DNA from: Pseudomonadota bacterium
Lineage (GTDB): Bacteria; Pseudomonadota; Alphaproteobacteria; Rhodobacterales; Rhodobacteraceae
DNA length: 64,000 bases
Reading direction: 5' to 3'
Assembly: GCA_039821195.1 (NCBI GenBank)
Contig: JBCBON010000007.1
Coordinates: 91 to 64,090 of the forward strand
A program made the position numbers and the translations under genes. This document shows, in pieces, positions 39,105-49,206 of this stretch. The notes under the pieces are model-generated. The model was not told the DNA's origin. It did no database searches and was given only the letters and a program-made list of their open reading frames with translations. Every line of letters begins with the position of its first letter. The stretch's first letter is position 1.

Positions 39105-40001
39105 ATGAACCGATTGTCTGAAATGGAATCTTTTGTAGCAGTCGTCGAAACGGGTGGGTTCACTGATGCAGCGCGGCGGCTGCGCATTTCCAAATCCGCG
39201 ATTTCCAAGCAGATCAGTGCACTTGAAGATCGGTTGGGTGCTCGCCTTCTGGATCGCACAACGCGCAATGTTGCAGCGACAGAAATAGGCATGTCCTATT
39301 ACCAAGAGGCGGTGAAGGTTCTTCAGATTGCATCGAATGCAGACGCCATGGTGGCATCGATGCAAACCTCTCCGCAAGGGCGGCTTCGGTTGACCGCGCC
39401 CATGGATTTTGGGCAAACCACGATCGCGCCGCTCTGTGCGAAATTCATCAACGCGTATCCAGATGTCTCTATCGATCTTGTATTTGAAAACCGGATTGTT
39501 GACCTACTGGCGGAAAAGTTTGATCTGGCCATCCGTATTGGCCCACTTCCAGATAGCGGGTTGATGGCACGTAAGCTCACAGATTTTGAGATGTGTTTGG
39601 TGGCATCGCCTTCATACTTGGATCAAAAGGGTCCACCAAAATCGGTCAAAGACATAGAGGGTCTCGACCTTTTGCATTTTTCCAACAATCAGACCGGAAC
39701 TGTTTGGAACATAAATGACGGTGATGAGATGGTCGCCGTCCGAGCGTTGAAATCCCCTTTCACCGTAAACGATGGTACCTCGTTGATGCGGGCGGCCGTC
39801 GATGGTTTAGGCGTCGCTTACTTGCCCCGTTTTATGTTGTCAGATCAACTTAGCGACGGCGTTTTGGTTCAGCTGTTCCCAGATGCACCTCTGGAAACGC
39901 GACCAATCCATGCCGTATACCAGCCCGGGCCTTTCATTCAGCCCAAGCTGCGTAACGTTGTCGATTTTCTTGTTGCAGAATTCAAAACGCTCAAAGTTTG
40001 A
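39105..40001 (+). CDS. LysR-family transcriptional regulator
   Basis: About 298 aa from the ATG at 39105. N-terminal HTH (FVAVVETGGFTDAARRLRISKSAISKQISALEDRLG). Divergent from the aminotransferase operon. Confidence 0.9.
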   Translation: MNRLSEMESFVAVVETGGFTDAARRLRISKSAISKQISALEDRLGARLLDRTTRNVAATEIGMSYYQEAVKVLQIASNADAMVASMQTSPQGRLRLTAPMDFGQTTIAPLCAKFINAYPDVSIDLVFENRIVDLLAEKFDLAIRIGPLPDSGLMARKLTDFEMCLVASPSYLDQKGPPKSVKDIEGLDLLHFSNNQTGTVWNINDGDEMVAVRALKSPFTVNDGTSLMRAAVDGLGVAYLPRFMLSDQLSDGVLVQLFPDAPLETRPIHAVYQPGPFIQPKLRNVVDFLVAEFKTLKV

Positions 40002-40647
40002 TGCGGTAGTGATACCGACTGACGACGCAATATCCCGCGTTTTGAAAAAGACGCCGAGAGGCGATGTTGTTCTCAACCGTGAGGGCCGCAATTTTTCTGG
40101 TAGGGGCCCATGCGCTCGCGGTGTGTTCCAACTCTGCGCCTACGCCCTGACGCCGATATGCGGCATCGACTTCCAGCGCGTGGATCATCGCCACATCGTC
40201 GTGGCAAGAGACAAAGGCCACGCCGCCATCTTGTTGCACAACGGTTTTCGGACCATTTGCGCGATCCATAACCGCGCGGCGTGCAGGACCAATGCCGCCC
40301 TTGTCCCAGATGGACAGTGACGCATCCGTGGCACCTTCGGATGGGCTTGCCGGAATAGTTTCCGAGCGCAATGATCTTGCGAGGACAACAACCGGATCAA
40401 TGATTTGATAGCCGCGATCTTCTAGTTCAGTATCCAAAGCGTTTTGGCCATCTTGGATCATGAAAAGGAGGTCTTGGCCTAAAGCGCGCTGGGCCGCCTC
40501 TGCCTCGGAGATATCACCAGAACCGCTGGCGGCCGACACTCTTTTTCCGCCGCCCTGACCCTCACGCACAATCCACCCCGCAACCCTATGAAAATCCGCT
40601 GCAGGCCAAGTCGCGTCTATCACTGCGAACCAGTCAGGCGCGCTCAT
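39991..40647 (-). CDS. GNAT-family N-acetyltransferase-like protein
   Basis: 218 aa. The C-terminal acetyl-CoA motif region reads AYRRQGVGAEL...NIASRRLFQNAGY. 4-nt overlap with the upstream cinA-like gene. Confidence 0.55.
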   Translation of the reverse strand: MSAPDWFAVIDATWPAADFHRVAGWIVREGQGGGKRVSAASGSGDISEAEAAQRALGQDLLFMIQDGQNALDTELEDRGYQIIDPVVVLARSLRSETIPASPSEGATDASLSIWDKGGIGPARRAVMDRANGPKTVVQQDGGVAFVSCHDDVAMIHALEVDAAYRRQGVGAELEHTASAWAPTRKIAALTVENNIASRRLFQNAGYCVVSRYHYRIKL

Positions 40648-41363
40648 GCCACCTCTGCTTTGATCCGGGTCATGGCCGCGTCGATGTCAGATGTATTCAG
40701 GCCACGGACAACCACATGGGTGCCATAGCTTTGACCCTCGTAGAACGGATAGGACCCAATAGAGAGCTGGGGAAACGCTTTGGCCACTGCGCCAAGCGGT
40801 TTTGAGATCACGCTTTCGGGTTTGTTGACTTTAAGCGTTTCCGACTGCACCGGACGGCCGCCCTTTAATTTGGGCAAAAGCCCCTCCAGCATGGCATTAA
40901 ACACCGATGGAATGCCCGCCATTACATGGACATTCTCTACTGAGAAGCCGGGCGCTTTTGAAACGGGATTATCTATGAGTGTTGCGCCGTCGGGAATACG
41001 TGCCATGCGCAACCGGGCCTCCGTCAGATCGGCCTCCCCATTTGGGTAATTCGTTGCTAAAATAGCACGGGCGTCGTCGCGCACATCAATGGGCAGGCCA
41101 AAGGCCTGAGCGATGCAATCTGCGGTGATGTCGTCATGCGTGGGCCCGATCCCGCCCGAGGTGAAGACATGATCCACCTGCTTGCGCAGATCATTCACGG
41201 TGCTGATGATTTGCTCGGGGATGTCGGCGACCATGCGCGCCTCTGCAAGTGTGATGCCAACCAATGTTAGCTCTTTTGCGAGGTGGTGCATATTGGCGTC
41301 CCGCGTGCGACCCGACAGAATTTCATCTCCGATCACAATCATCGCAGCCGTTGGGTTTGTCAT
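40644..41363 (-). CDS. CinA-like molybdopterin-binding (MoCF_BD) domain protein
   Basis: 239 aa. AAMIVIGDEILSGRTRDAN and TSGGIGPTHDDITA motifs. Confidence 0.8.
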   Translation of the reverse strand: MTNPTAAMIVIGDEILSGRTRDANMHHLAKELTLVGITLAEARMVADIPEQIISTVNDLRKQVDHVFTSGGIGPTHDDITADCIAQAFGLPIDVRDDARAILATNYPNGEADLTEARLRMARIPDGATLIDNPVSKAPGFSVENVHVMAGIPSVFNAMLEGLLPKLKGGRPVQSETLKVNKPESVISKPLGAVAKAFPQLSIGSYPFYEGQSYGTHVVVRGLNTSDIDAAMTRIKAEVA

Positions 41364-41389
41364 GGGATTACCTTTTGTTAGGGAAGCGC

Positions 41390-42091
41390 ATGGAATTCGA
41401 CCGCCCGCTTATTAGTGGAACATTGGAGCGACGGTATAAACGCTTCCTTGCAGACGTCACGTTGGAAGATGGCCGCAGTGTGACTGCTCATTGCGCAAAC
41501 ACCGGTGCAATGTTGGGCGTGCAGATGCCGGGGTCTGAGGTCTGGCTTGAGCCGAACGACAATCCCAAACGGAAACTCAATTACAGTTGGAAACTGATCC
41601 GTGCGGATGGTGCCATGGTCGGGATAGATACCAGCGTCCCAAACCGTGTTGTCGGAGAGGCTTTAAACCAGCGCGCGGTTTCGGAGTTTGCGGACTATCC
41701 AATAGTGAGGCCAGAACTACCCTATGGCAAGAACAGCCGGGTTGATTTTCACCTGTCCGGAGGCGAACAGCCGGATGTTTTTCTCGAGGTGAAAAATGTG
41801 CATCTTTGTCGAAAGCCTGGTCTTGCCGAGTTCCCTGACTGTGTGACGACCCGCGGAACAAAGCACTTGAGGGATCTCGCAGACGTAGCTGCAAAGGGTC
41901 ATCGGGCCGTCATGTTTTACTTTGTTCACCGTGGCGATTGCGATGTCCTAAAAATGGCAGAGGACCTCGATCCCGATTATGCAAAGGGCTTGTCTGATGC
42001 GGTTGCGGCAGGGGTTGAGGTTTTGGCCTACAAGACCCATGTCCGGATAACTGATATCACACTCGCAGAACCGATTCCCGTTATGGTTTGA
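41390..42091 (+). CDS. sfsA: Sugar fermentation stimulation protein SfsA (DNA/RNA nuclease fold)
   Basis: About 233 aa from the ATG at 41390. GTLERRYKRFLADV, CANTGAM and EVKNV motifs. Confidence 0.85.
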   Translation: MEFDRPLISGTLERRYKRFLADVTLEDGRSVTAHCANTGAMLGVQMPGSEVWLEPNDNPKRKLNYSWKLIRADGAMVGIDTSVPNRVVGEALNQRAVSEFADYPIVRPELPYGKNSRVDFHLSGGEQPDVFLEVKNVHLCRKPGLAEFPDCVTTRGTKHLRDLADVAAKGHRAVMFYFVHRGDCDVLKMAEDLDPDYAKGLSDAVAAGVEVLAYKTHVRITDITLAEPIPVMV

Positions 42092-42162
42092 CGGACCACG
42101 CGCTTCGGTTACCTGAGTGAGGGAGAATGGGGTCCGACCCACACCCCTAAAGGAGGTTCGCT

Positions 42163-42975
42163 TTGGACGGCAAACAGGCGCTGACACGGGATGGCATAGC
42201 CATTCATACGACAGCAGATTTTGAAGGGATGCGGCGCGCTGGGCAGATTGCGGCTGCAGCCCTCGATATGATTGCCGAATTTGTGGTTCCCGGTGTCACC
42301 ACCGAAGAGTTAGATCAGCGGTGCTATGATTTCATGGCGGATCATGGTGCTGTTCCCGCGACACTAGGGTACAAAGGCTATCCAAAATCGAGCTGTATTT
42401 CGATCAACCATGTTGTCTGTCACGGCATACCTTCGACAGACAAAAAACTGAGGGACGGTGATATCCTCAATATTGATGTCACCGCAATTATGGACGGATG
42501 GCACGGCGACACCAGCCGTATGTATGTTGCAGGAAAGCTCAACCGAAAAGCAGAGCGCTTGATACAGGTGACCCATGACGCGCTGATGATCGGTATTGAT
42601 CAAGTAAAGCCGGGAAACACTTTCGGAGATATCGGCGCAGCCATTCAACGCTACGTGGAGGCGCAGCGTATGTCTGTCGTTCGTGATTTCTGTGGGCATG
42701 GGCTTGGTCGCGTATTTCATGCCCCACCGAATGTTTTGCATTATGGCCAATGGGGTTCTGGTCCCGTGCTAGAAGAAGGCATGTTCTTCACGATCGAGCC
42801 GATGGTAAATCTAGGTCGACCAGAAACTAAAATTTTGGCCGATAACTGGACCGCTGTGACCAAAGACAAATCCCTCTCAGCGCAGTTTGAACACTCGGTC
42901 GGGGTGACGGCTGACGGCGTGGATATCTTTACTCTGTCGCCTGGCGATTTGTTTCATCCAACTTACAAAGGTTGA
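42163..42975 (+). CDS. map: Type I methionine aminopeptidase
   Basis: 270 aa. VCHGIP, DVTA..DGWHGD, HGLG and FTIEP metal-ligand motifs. TTG start preceded by AAGGAGG. Confidence 0.95.
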   Translation: MDGKQALTRDGIAIHTTADFEGMRRAGQIAAAALDMIAEFVVPGVTTEELDQRCYDFMADHGAVPATLGYKGYPKSSCISINHVVCHGIPSTDKKLRDGDILNIDVTAIMDGWHGDTSRMYVAGKLNRKAERLIQVTHDALMIGIDQVKPGNTFGDIGAAIQRYVEAQRMSVVRDFCGHGLGRVFHAPPNVLHYGQWGSGPVLEEGMFFTIEPMVNLGRPETKILADNWTAVTKDKSLSAQFEHSVGVTADGVDIFTLSPGDLFHPTYKG

Positions 42976-43016
42976 GATTCATAAAATCTTAATGGCTCGA
43001 CACTACGCCTTTCCCC

Positions 43017-43751
43017 ATGGGCGATCCGGCCAACTTAGCCTTTGATTTTGAAGATGGGGACAAAATTCCAACACCAGAATACGATGTCCAATCGGGACAT
43101 CGAGCCAGGCTTCGTGAGCGTTTCATAAAGCGAGGGTCCAGTTCTTTGGCAGATTACGAACTGTTGGAGCTGTATCTTTTTCGCACTTTGAAGCGGCAAG
43201 ACACCAAGGAGGTCGCGCGAATTCTTATTGATCAATTTGGCTCCTTTGCCGGTGCTTGTTCAGCCCGCTATGCGTCTTTGAAAAATACGAAAGGTGTTGG
43301 AGATGCCATCGCCTTTGATCTCAAGTTGGTAGAGGCGCTTGCACACCGCTTTGCGGAAAGTGAACTGCGCGAACAAATCATGGTTTCAGGTTGGGCCCAG
43401 CTTGTCCGATATTGCCGCACAACGATGTCTCACCGTGATAGAGAACACCTTCGTGTACTTTATCTCAATTCAAAAAACTTTCTGATTGCAGATGATCTGA
43501 GCCAAGCAGGAACGATCAACCATGTGCCCGTTTATCCCCGCGAGATTGCGCGCCGAGCGTTGGAGCTTGGTGCAGGCGCAGTGATCCTAATCCACAACCA
43601 TCCATCGGGTGATCCAACCCCCAGTGAGGCTGACCGTATCATGACACGTCAAGTTGCTGATGCGCTTTGCCTTTTTTCAATCGCCCTTCATGACCATGTG
43701 ATTGCCGGGCGAAAAGACGTGTTCAGCATGAAGGCAAACGGTCAGTTCTGA
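43017..43751 (+). CDS. radC: RadC-family JAB/MPN domain protein
   Basis: 244 aa. HNHPSGDPTPSEAD JAMM motif and an N-terminal HhH-like region. Confidence 0.9.
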   Translation: MGDPANLAFDFEDGDKIPTPEYDVQSGHRARLRERFIKRGSSSLADYELLELYLFRTLKRQDTKEVARILIDQFGSFAGACSARYASLKNTKGVGDAIAFDLKLVEALAHRFAESELREQIMVSGWAQLVRYCRTTMSHRDREHLRVLYLNSKNFLIADDLSQAGTINHVPVYPREIARRALELGAGAVILIHNHPSGDPTPSEADRIMTRQVADALCLFSIALHDHVIAGRKDVFSMKANGQF

Positions 43752-43752
43752 C

Positions 43753-45354
43753 TTAAACCGATTTGAACAAGTCAAGGCACTCTGCAGTTTTGACCCGCTG
43801 CGTTAAGTCCTGTCTTAAGTAAAGTCCCGTGCGAGTGTTTCCAAATGTGGAAGCAGAAAAAAAGACATAGTCGTTTGTACCCTCAACATATTGTGACATC
43901 TCCAATAGATACACTTCGTTTTCTTCGGGAAGCTCGAAGCCTGGCCGCCGAACCTCATCAACTGCAACCTCTAGAACTGGAATGATGGCAATATCGTATC
44001 GTGAAAACGCATAAGGGTAATCCCATTTGTTGTGCCCTACACTGCCAAATTTTGGATCGGACCGAGCAATGTAAGGTTCAGCTTTTCCTAAAAAATCCAC
44101 CGCATGGAATTCCGGAAAGTGGTATGCAGTTCCCAAATAGTGAAGGCCGACTGAGCCATCTGATGGTTCTAGAGCACATCTGACAAAGCTGCTGATCCTT
44201 AGGTGCCCCTCAATATCCTGGTAAGCGATGTTTTCTTCGTTAGCGTTGAAAATTCTTCCGCTTTGTTCGGTTAAGATTGATGATCCAGTAAATAAAACGA
44301 TTGTTGCGGCGACAACTAAGTTTCTGGGCGACACCGGGCGCTCTAAAGTTTCGATCAAGTGAAATGTGAAGAAGAACACCGTCGGCAAAAGACTTAGGAG
44401 AAAACGGGCATCCTTAAAAACATCTCCGCCTATTAGAACAACGTAAATGATTTGGCAGATCGAAACGATTATGAGGAAGTTCTTAAAGATCAAGCTTGGC
44501 GTAAGACCAATCAAAGCGAACACAAAAATAGGGAAAAGCCATACCTTGTTGAGATCAAGAATATAAGAAACTCCAAGATGGATTGCTTCCATAGGAGTGC
44601 TTAGTTTGAGGTAAGCTGTGTTCGGTACAAAGTCTTGATAATAGTAATTCATTCCAATCAGGTATGCGGCGGGTATTACCAGCAATCCAATTGCGATGCC
44701 GTATGACGCGGTTTTCGTAAAACGGTTATCCGTAAAGAGCCAGCACACAAAAATTACTGCTATAAGCACAGCGCTATCCACTCTGAACAAGAAAGATACG
44801 CAAACCAAAATTAACGCAAGCGTGGGTACCTTCAGCAGACCGCTCTCCAAACTCGATTTGGCAATCAGCATTAGCCCAACTGTGATAAAGAACATCTGTG
44901 GGATATGTTCCCAACCAGACCCGCCGTAGCGCATGACTGGCGGGCTAGCGACCGCGGCAACTACTAGAACTGCTTGAAGAGTGCGCGACGAAATCAAATA
45001 TGAGGCTATCGCAATGGAACTGGCTGTCAAACCTAGTGACAGAATGATTAATGCATAAACCGCAGTTCGATGGTCAAAGATGTGATACAACTGCGATAGA
45101 AAAATAGGCCAAAACAGACTTGTACTGGCTGCTACGGCTTCTCCTTGATTAAAATAGGGAAGCCCATCTCTCCAAAAATTATAGGCCACCCGTTGTGTAA
45201 TCATTTGATCGTCTGCAACGTGCCAAAAGAGTTTCCCAAGAACGTTGAACTCAAAAATGTTCGCAAGATGGATGCTGGACGCGAAGGCTAGGGAAAAAAT
45301 GAACAATCCCCAAATATACGGGTCAATTAGTGATAGAAACTTACGATCCGCCAT
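43753..45354 (-). CDS. Large polytopic membrane protein with soluble C-terminal domain (GT-C-fold glycosyltransferase-like), function unknown
   Basis: 533 aa. About 11-13 hydrophobic helices over the first 370 aa or so, then a soluble domain of about 160 aa. Lower GC than the flanks. Its stop is 1 nt from the radC stop. Confidence 0.45.
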   Translation of the reverse strand: MADRKFLSLIDPYIWGLFIFSLAFASSIHLANIFEFNVLGKLFWHVADDQMITQRVAYNFWRDGLPYFNQGEAVAASTSLFWPIFLSQLYHIFDHRTAVYALIILSLGLTASSIAIASYLISSRTLQAVLVVAAVASPPVMRYGGSGWEHIPQMFFITVGLMLIAKSSLESGLLKVPTLALILVCVSFLFRVDSAVLIAVIFVCWLFTDNRFTKTASYGIAIGLLVIPAAYLIGMNYYYQDFVPNTAYLKLSTPMEAIHLGVSYILDLNKVWLFPIFVFALIGLTPSLIFKNFLIIVSICQIIYVVLIGGDVFKDARFLLSLLPTVFFFTFHLIETLERPVSPRNLVVAATIVLFTGSSILTEQSGRIFNANEENIAYQDIEGHLRISSFVRCALEPSDGSVGLHYLGTAYHFPEFHAVDFLGKAEPYIARSDPKFGSVGHNKWDYPYAFSRYDIAIIPVLEVAVDEVRRPGFELPEENEVYLLEMSQYVEGTNDYVFFSASTFGNTRTGLYLRQDLTQRVKTAECLDLFKSV

Positions 45355-45380
45355 TCTGTTTATCGGCTTTCAGTAAAGAT

Positions 45381-48155
45381 CTATAATTTGCCGTGACAGT
45401 GTTTGAACTTCAGCCCAGACCCGCAAGGACACAAGTCATTACGATTAGGATTGCCCCAAGTAGATTGATCATTTTCGTCAAAACCGTTTTGAGCTGCAAT
45501 CGCCCGCTGTGCCTGTTTTTGTTGCTCGCGCAGCATTTCCTGACGCTCTTCTTCCGTCATCAGCCGGATATGAGCCAGTTGTCCTGTTACGTCCGACCGC
45601 AAACTATCGAGCAAGCTTTCAAAAAGCTGGAACGCTTCGGTTTTGTATTCGTTCAACGGATCCCGCTGTGCATATCCCCGGAACCCGACAACGGAGCGAA
45701 GGTGCTCTAGCTTGATGATGTGCTCGCGCCACTTTTTGTCGATCGTTTGCAGCAGAATTTGTTTTTCCACGGACCGCATGGTTTCGTCGCCAAAACTAGA
45801 ACTTTTGCGGGACATAAACGCGTCGGCAGTCTCAACCAGACGGTCGCGGATGCCTTCGTCGTCGATACCATCTTCGGCAACCCAATCCTTGATTGGAACA
45901 CGGAAACCAAGGGTGACTGCAATGGCTTGATCCAAACCGTCTCCATCCCATTGATCGGCATAGGATTTAGGCGGAATGTGTGTATCGATTAGGTCCTCAA
46001 TCACCTCGTCGCGCATCTCTTTGACAACATCAGAGAGATCATTGCTTTCCATGATATCCAGACGTTGTTCAAAGATCGCCTTACGCTGATCATTCATCAC
46101 ATCGTCAAACTTAAGCAGCTGTTTGCGGATATCAAAATTGTGCCCTTCGACTTTGGCCTGAGCACGCTCTAGCGACTTATTCACCCACGGGTGTATGATT
46201 GCCTCGCCCTCTTTCATACCGAGAGTGGATAGAACTTTTTCCAAACGGTCCGACCCAAAAATGCGCATAAGATCATCTTCAAGCGACAGGAAAAAGGCAG
46301 AACGACCCGGATCGCCTTGACGACCGGACCGACCTCGAAGCTGATTATCGATACGGCGGCTTTCATGACGCTCGGTTGCAATAACGTAGAGGCCGCCAAC
46401 TTCGAGTGCTTTGGCTTTTCCAGCTTCAATCTCGGCAGCAATCTCTTTGCGCAACTGTTCTTCGGTTTTCCCGTTTGCGCCCTCTTCCAAAGCGCGAGCA
46501 AGGCGATTTTCTAGGTTGCCGCCAAGCTGGATGTCGGTGCCACGACCAGCCATATTGGTCGCAATAGTAACTGCACCGGGCACACCTGCATCTGCGACGA
46601 TATTCGCTTCTTGTTCGTGGAAGCGTGCGTTCAAGACGTTATGCTTGATGCCCTTCTTTGCGAGCATTGCAATGTTCTTGGCGTCGGTAATCATCTCTTC
46701 ATGGACGTCTTCCGCTTTGACGTCTTCGGCACGCTTTTCTAAACGGGCTGCAATTTTCCTTAGAAACGCTTTGTCCTTCAACAAATTGGACAAATGCTCT
46801 GACTTCTCGATGGATGTCGTGCCAACCAGCAAAGGCTGATCCTTCGCGTGGGAGCGTGCAATCTCTTCCACGATGGCCGCGTATTTGTCGTCTGTCGTTT
46901 TGTAGATTGCATCGTCTTCGTCAATGCGAGCGATCGGCTTGTTCGTTGGGATTTCCACAACGCCAAGACCGTAGATTTGCATGAACTCTTCTTCTTCCGT
47001 TTTTGCCGTACCGGTCATGCCCGCAAGCTTTTCATAAAGACGGAAATAGTTCTGGAAGGTAACCGATGCGAGAGTGACGTTCTCAGGATTGATGGTTACG
47101 TTTTCTTTTGCTTCGATTGCCTGATGAAGCCCGTTGGAAAGACGTCGTCCTTCCATCATGCGGCCTGTGAAAACGTCGATCAAAATCACCTGACCGTTGC
47201 GAACAATGTAATCTTTGTCGCGCTTGAAAAGAACATGCGCAAGCAGGGCCTGACTGACATGGTGTACGATCGAGGCACTTTCGGGATCGTACATCGACTG
47301 CCCCTCGGGCAGAATCCCTTGTTTTATAAGTTCCGCTTCTACGAACTCGTTACCCTCGTCTGTCAGGGTTACATTGCGGGCCTTCTCATCGAGCTCATAC
47401 AGATCTGCGTCAATGGTTGGGGCAATTTTATCGAGTTCTTGATAGAGGTCAGTCCGGTCTTCGGCAGGACCAGAGATAATCAATGGCGTTCTGGCCTCAT
47501 CAATCAGGATCGAGTCCACCTCGTCCACGATCGCAAAATAGTGGTCACGCTGGGCCATTTGCGTCAGCTCGGATTTCATGTTGTCGCGCAGATAGTCGAA
47601 ACCCAGTTCGTTGTTGGTCGCATAAATGACGTCGCAAGCATACGCTTCCAACTTTTCTGCTTCTTCGATTCCCGGAACAACAACGCCCGTTGTCATACCA
47701 AGCGCTTCATAGACCCGACCCATCCATTCTGCATCGCGCCGGGCAAGGTAATCGTTAACGGTTACAACATGAACACCGCGACCTGTCAGAGCATTCAAAT
47801 AAACCGGTAGCGTTGCCATCAGGGTCTTACCCTCGCCGGTTTTCATTTCTGAGATATTGCATTGGTGAAGAAAAATACCACCCACCAGCTGAACATCATA
47901 GGCGCGAAGGCCTAAGGTGCGCCGGGCAGCCTCTCGCGCTACTGCGAAGGCCTCGGGCAGCAGATCATCAAGTTTTGCGCCTTCGTCCAATTGAGCACGA
48001 AACGCGACCGTCTTTCCTTTTAACTCGTCGTCGGAAAGTTTTTTGATCTCATCTTCAAACGCATTGATCTTGTCCACAAGGTGCTGAACCGACCTGACTT
48101 TCCGATCATTGGATGAGCCAAACACCTTTTTTGAGAGTGTGTTCAATCCGAGCAT
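45381..48155 (-). CDS. secA: Preprotein translocase ATPase SecA
   Basis: 924 aa from the ATG at 48155 ([14 protein letters not shown]). MKTGEGKT Walker [20 protein letters not shown], and the C-terminal zinc motif [14 protein letters not shown]. Confidence 0.95.
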   Translation of the reverse strand: MLGLNTLSKKVFGSSNDRKVRSVQHLVDKINAFEDEIKKLSDDELKGKTVAFRAQLDEGAKLDDLLPEAFAVAREAARRTLGLRAYDVQLVGGIFLHQCNISEMKTGEGKTLMATLPVYLNALTGRGVHVVTVNDYLARRDAEWMGRVYEALGMTTGVVVPGIEEAEKLEAYACDVIYATNNELGFDYLRDNMKSELTQMAQRDHYFAIVDEVDSILIDEARTPLIISGPAEDRTDLYQELDKIAPTIDADLYELDEKARNVTLTDEGNEFVEAELIKQGILPEGQSMYDPESASIVHHVSQALLAHVLFKRDKDYIVRNGQVILIDVFTGRMMEGRRLSNGLHQAIEAKENVTINPENVTLASVTFQNYFRLYEKLAGMTGTAKTEEEEFMQIYGLGVVEIPTNKPIARIDEDDAIYKTTDDKYAAIVEEIARSHAKDQPLLVGTTSIEKSEHLSNLLKDKAFLRKIAARLEKRAEDVKAEDVHEEMITDAKNIAMLAKKGIKHNVLNARFHEQEANIVADAGVPGAVTIATNMAGRGTDIQLGGNLENRLARALEEGANGKTEEQLRKEIAAEIEAGKAKALEVGGLYVIATERHESRRIDNQLRGRSGRQGDPGRSAFFLSLEDDLMRIFGSDRLEKVLSTLGMKEGEAIIHPWVNKSLERAQAKVEGHNFDIRKQLLKFDDVMNDQRKAIFEQRLDIMESNDLSDVVKEMRDEVIEDLIDTHIPPKSYADQWDGDGLDQAIAVTLGFRVPIKDWVAEDGIDDEGIRDRLVETADAFMSRKSSSFGDETMRSVEKQILLQTIDKKWREHIIKLEHLRSVVGFRGYAQRDPLNEYKTEAFQLFESLLDSLRSDVTGQLAHIRLMTEEERQEMLREQQKQAQRAIAAQNGFDENDQSTWGNPNRNDLCPCGSGLKFKHCHGKL

Positions 48156-48369
48156 CTGAGTCCTTCCCGCGCATGATCCCTGACGCGTATGTGTTCGCCT
48201 GCGGCGGTGCGTTTGCTTGCTCCGCATCCCATACATCCCTAAGAGGTGAAACGTCGAAGCAGCTTAGAAAAATACCGCCAAGAGCCGCATGTAAGGAGGC
48301 TATTTGTAGGTGTCAACGAAGTGAGGCTTATCGGCGGATACACAACTTTTGGAGCGAGCGGAGCCCTTT

Positions 48370-49206
48370 ATGACAAATTACATTTCCCGCCTGATTATGG
48401 TTGGAGCGCTGATTGCGTCTCCGGCGCTTTCACAAGATGCAACAACGGCGGATACCGTGGTGGCAGAAGTGAATGGCACGGTGATTACATTCGGCCATAT
48501 CGTATCTCTCGCGTCGCGCTTGCCGCCTGAGTATAATCAGGTGCAGCCGGAAATTCTGTATAACGGGATTTTGGATCAGCTGATCCAACAAGAATTGTTG
48601 GCCGCCGAAATCGATGGTGACTCAAAGTCGGCGAAACTCGCAATGGAGAACGAGGTTCGTTCGGTTCTTGCAACTGAAGCCTTGGCAGCCATTGCGGAAG
48701 AAGCGACTTCTGAAGACCTTATTCTGGCCGCATACGAGGCTGAGGTTGCAAACTTTACGCCGTCGCCAGAATTTCGTGCGTCCCACATTTTGGTTGAGAC
48801 TGAAGAAGAGGCGGCTGAAGTCGTCGAAGAACTTGAAGCGGGTGCAAACTTTGCCGATCTGGCTCGCGAGCGCTCAACAGGTCCTTCTGGTCCGAACGGT
48901 GGTGATCTGGGTTGGTTTGGCCCCGGCGCGATGGTGCCTACATTCGATGAAGCCGTACAGGCAATGGAGGCGGGCGCCATTTCGCAGCCCGTCGAAACAC
49001 AGTTTGGATGGCATGTGATCAACTTGGTTGAAGTGCGGGAAACAACGCCGCCGACATTAGAAGAGCGTTTTCCTGCATTGTCTGATCAATTGCGCGGCGA
49101 AGCGATCGAGGCGTACATTACCCAATTGGAAGTTGATGCTGAAATCTCGCGGCCCGAAGTTGAAGTGGATTTGTTGCAGATCCGCAATGGAGAGCTTTTG
49201 AAGTAA
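48370..49206 (+). CDS. Periplasmic parvulin-type peptidyl-prolyl isomerase (SurA/PpiD-like)
   Basis: About 278 aa with a signal peptide (RLIMVGALIASPALSQD). The PpiC domain carries HILV, GGDLGWF and FGWHVI. Confidence 0.8.
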   Translation: MTNYISRLIMVGALIASPALSQDATTADTVVAEVNGTVITFGHIVSLASRLPPEYNQVQPEILYNGILDQLIQQELLAAEIDGDSKSAKLAMENEVRSVLATEALAAIAEEATSEDLILAAYEAEVANFTPSPEFRASHILVETEEEAAEVVEELEAGANFADLARERSTGPSGPNGGDLGWFGPGAMVPTFDEAVQAMEAGAISQPVETQFGWHVINLVEVRETTPPTLEERFPALSDQLRGEAIEAYITQLEVDAEISRPEVEVDLLQIRNGELLK

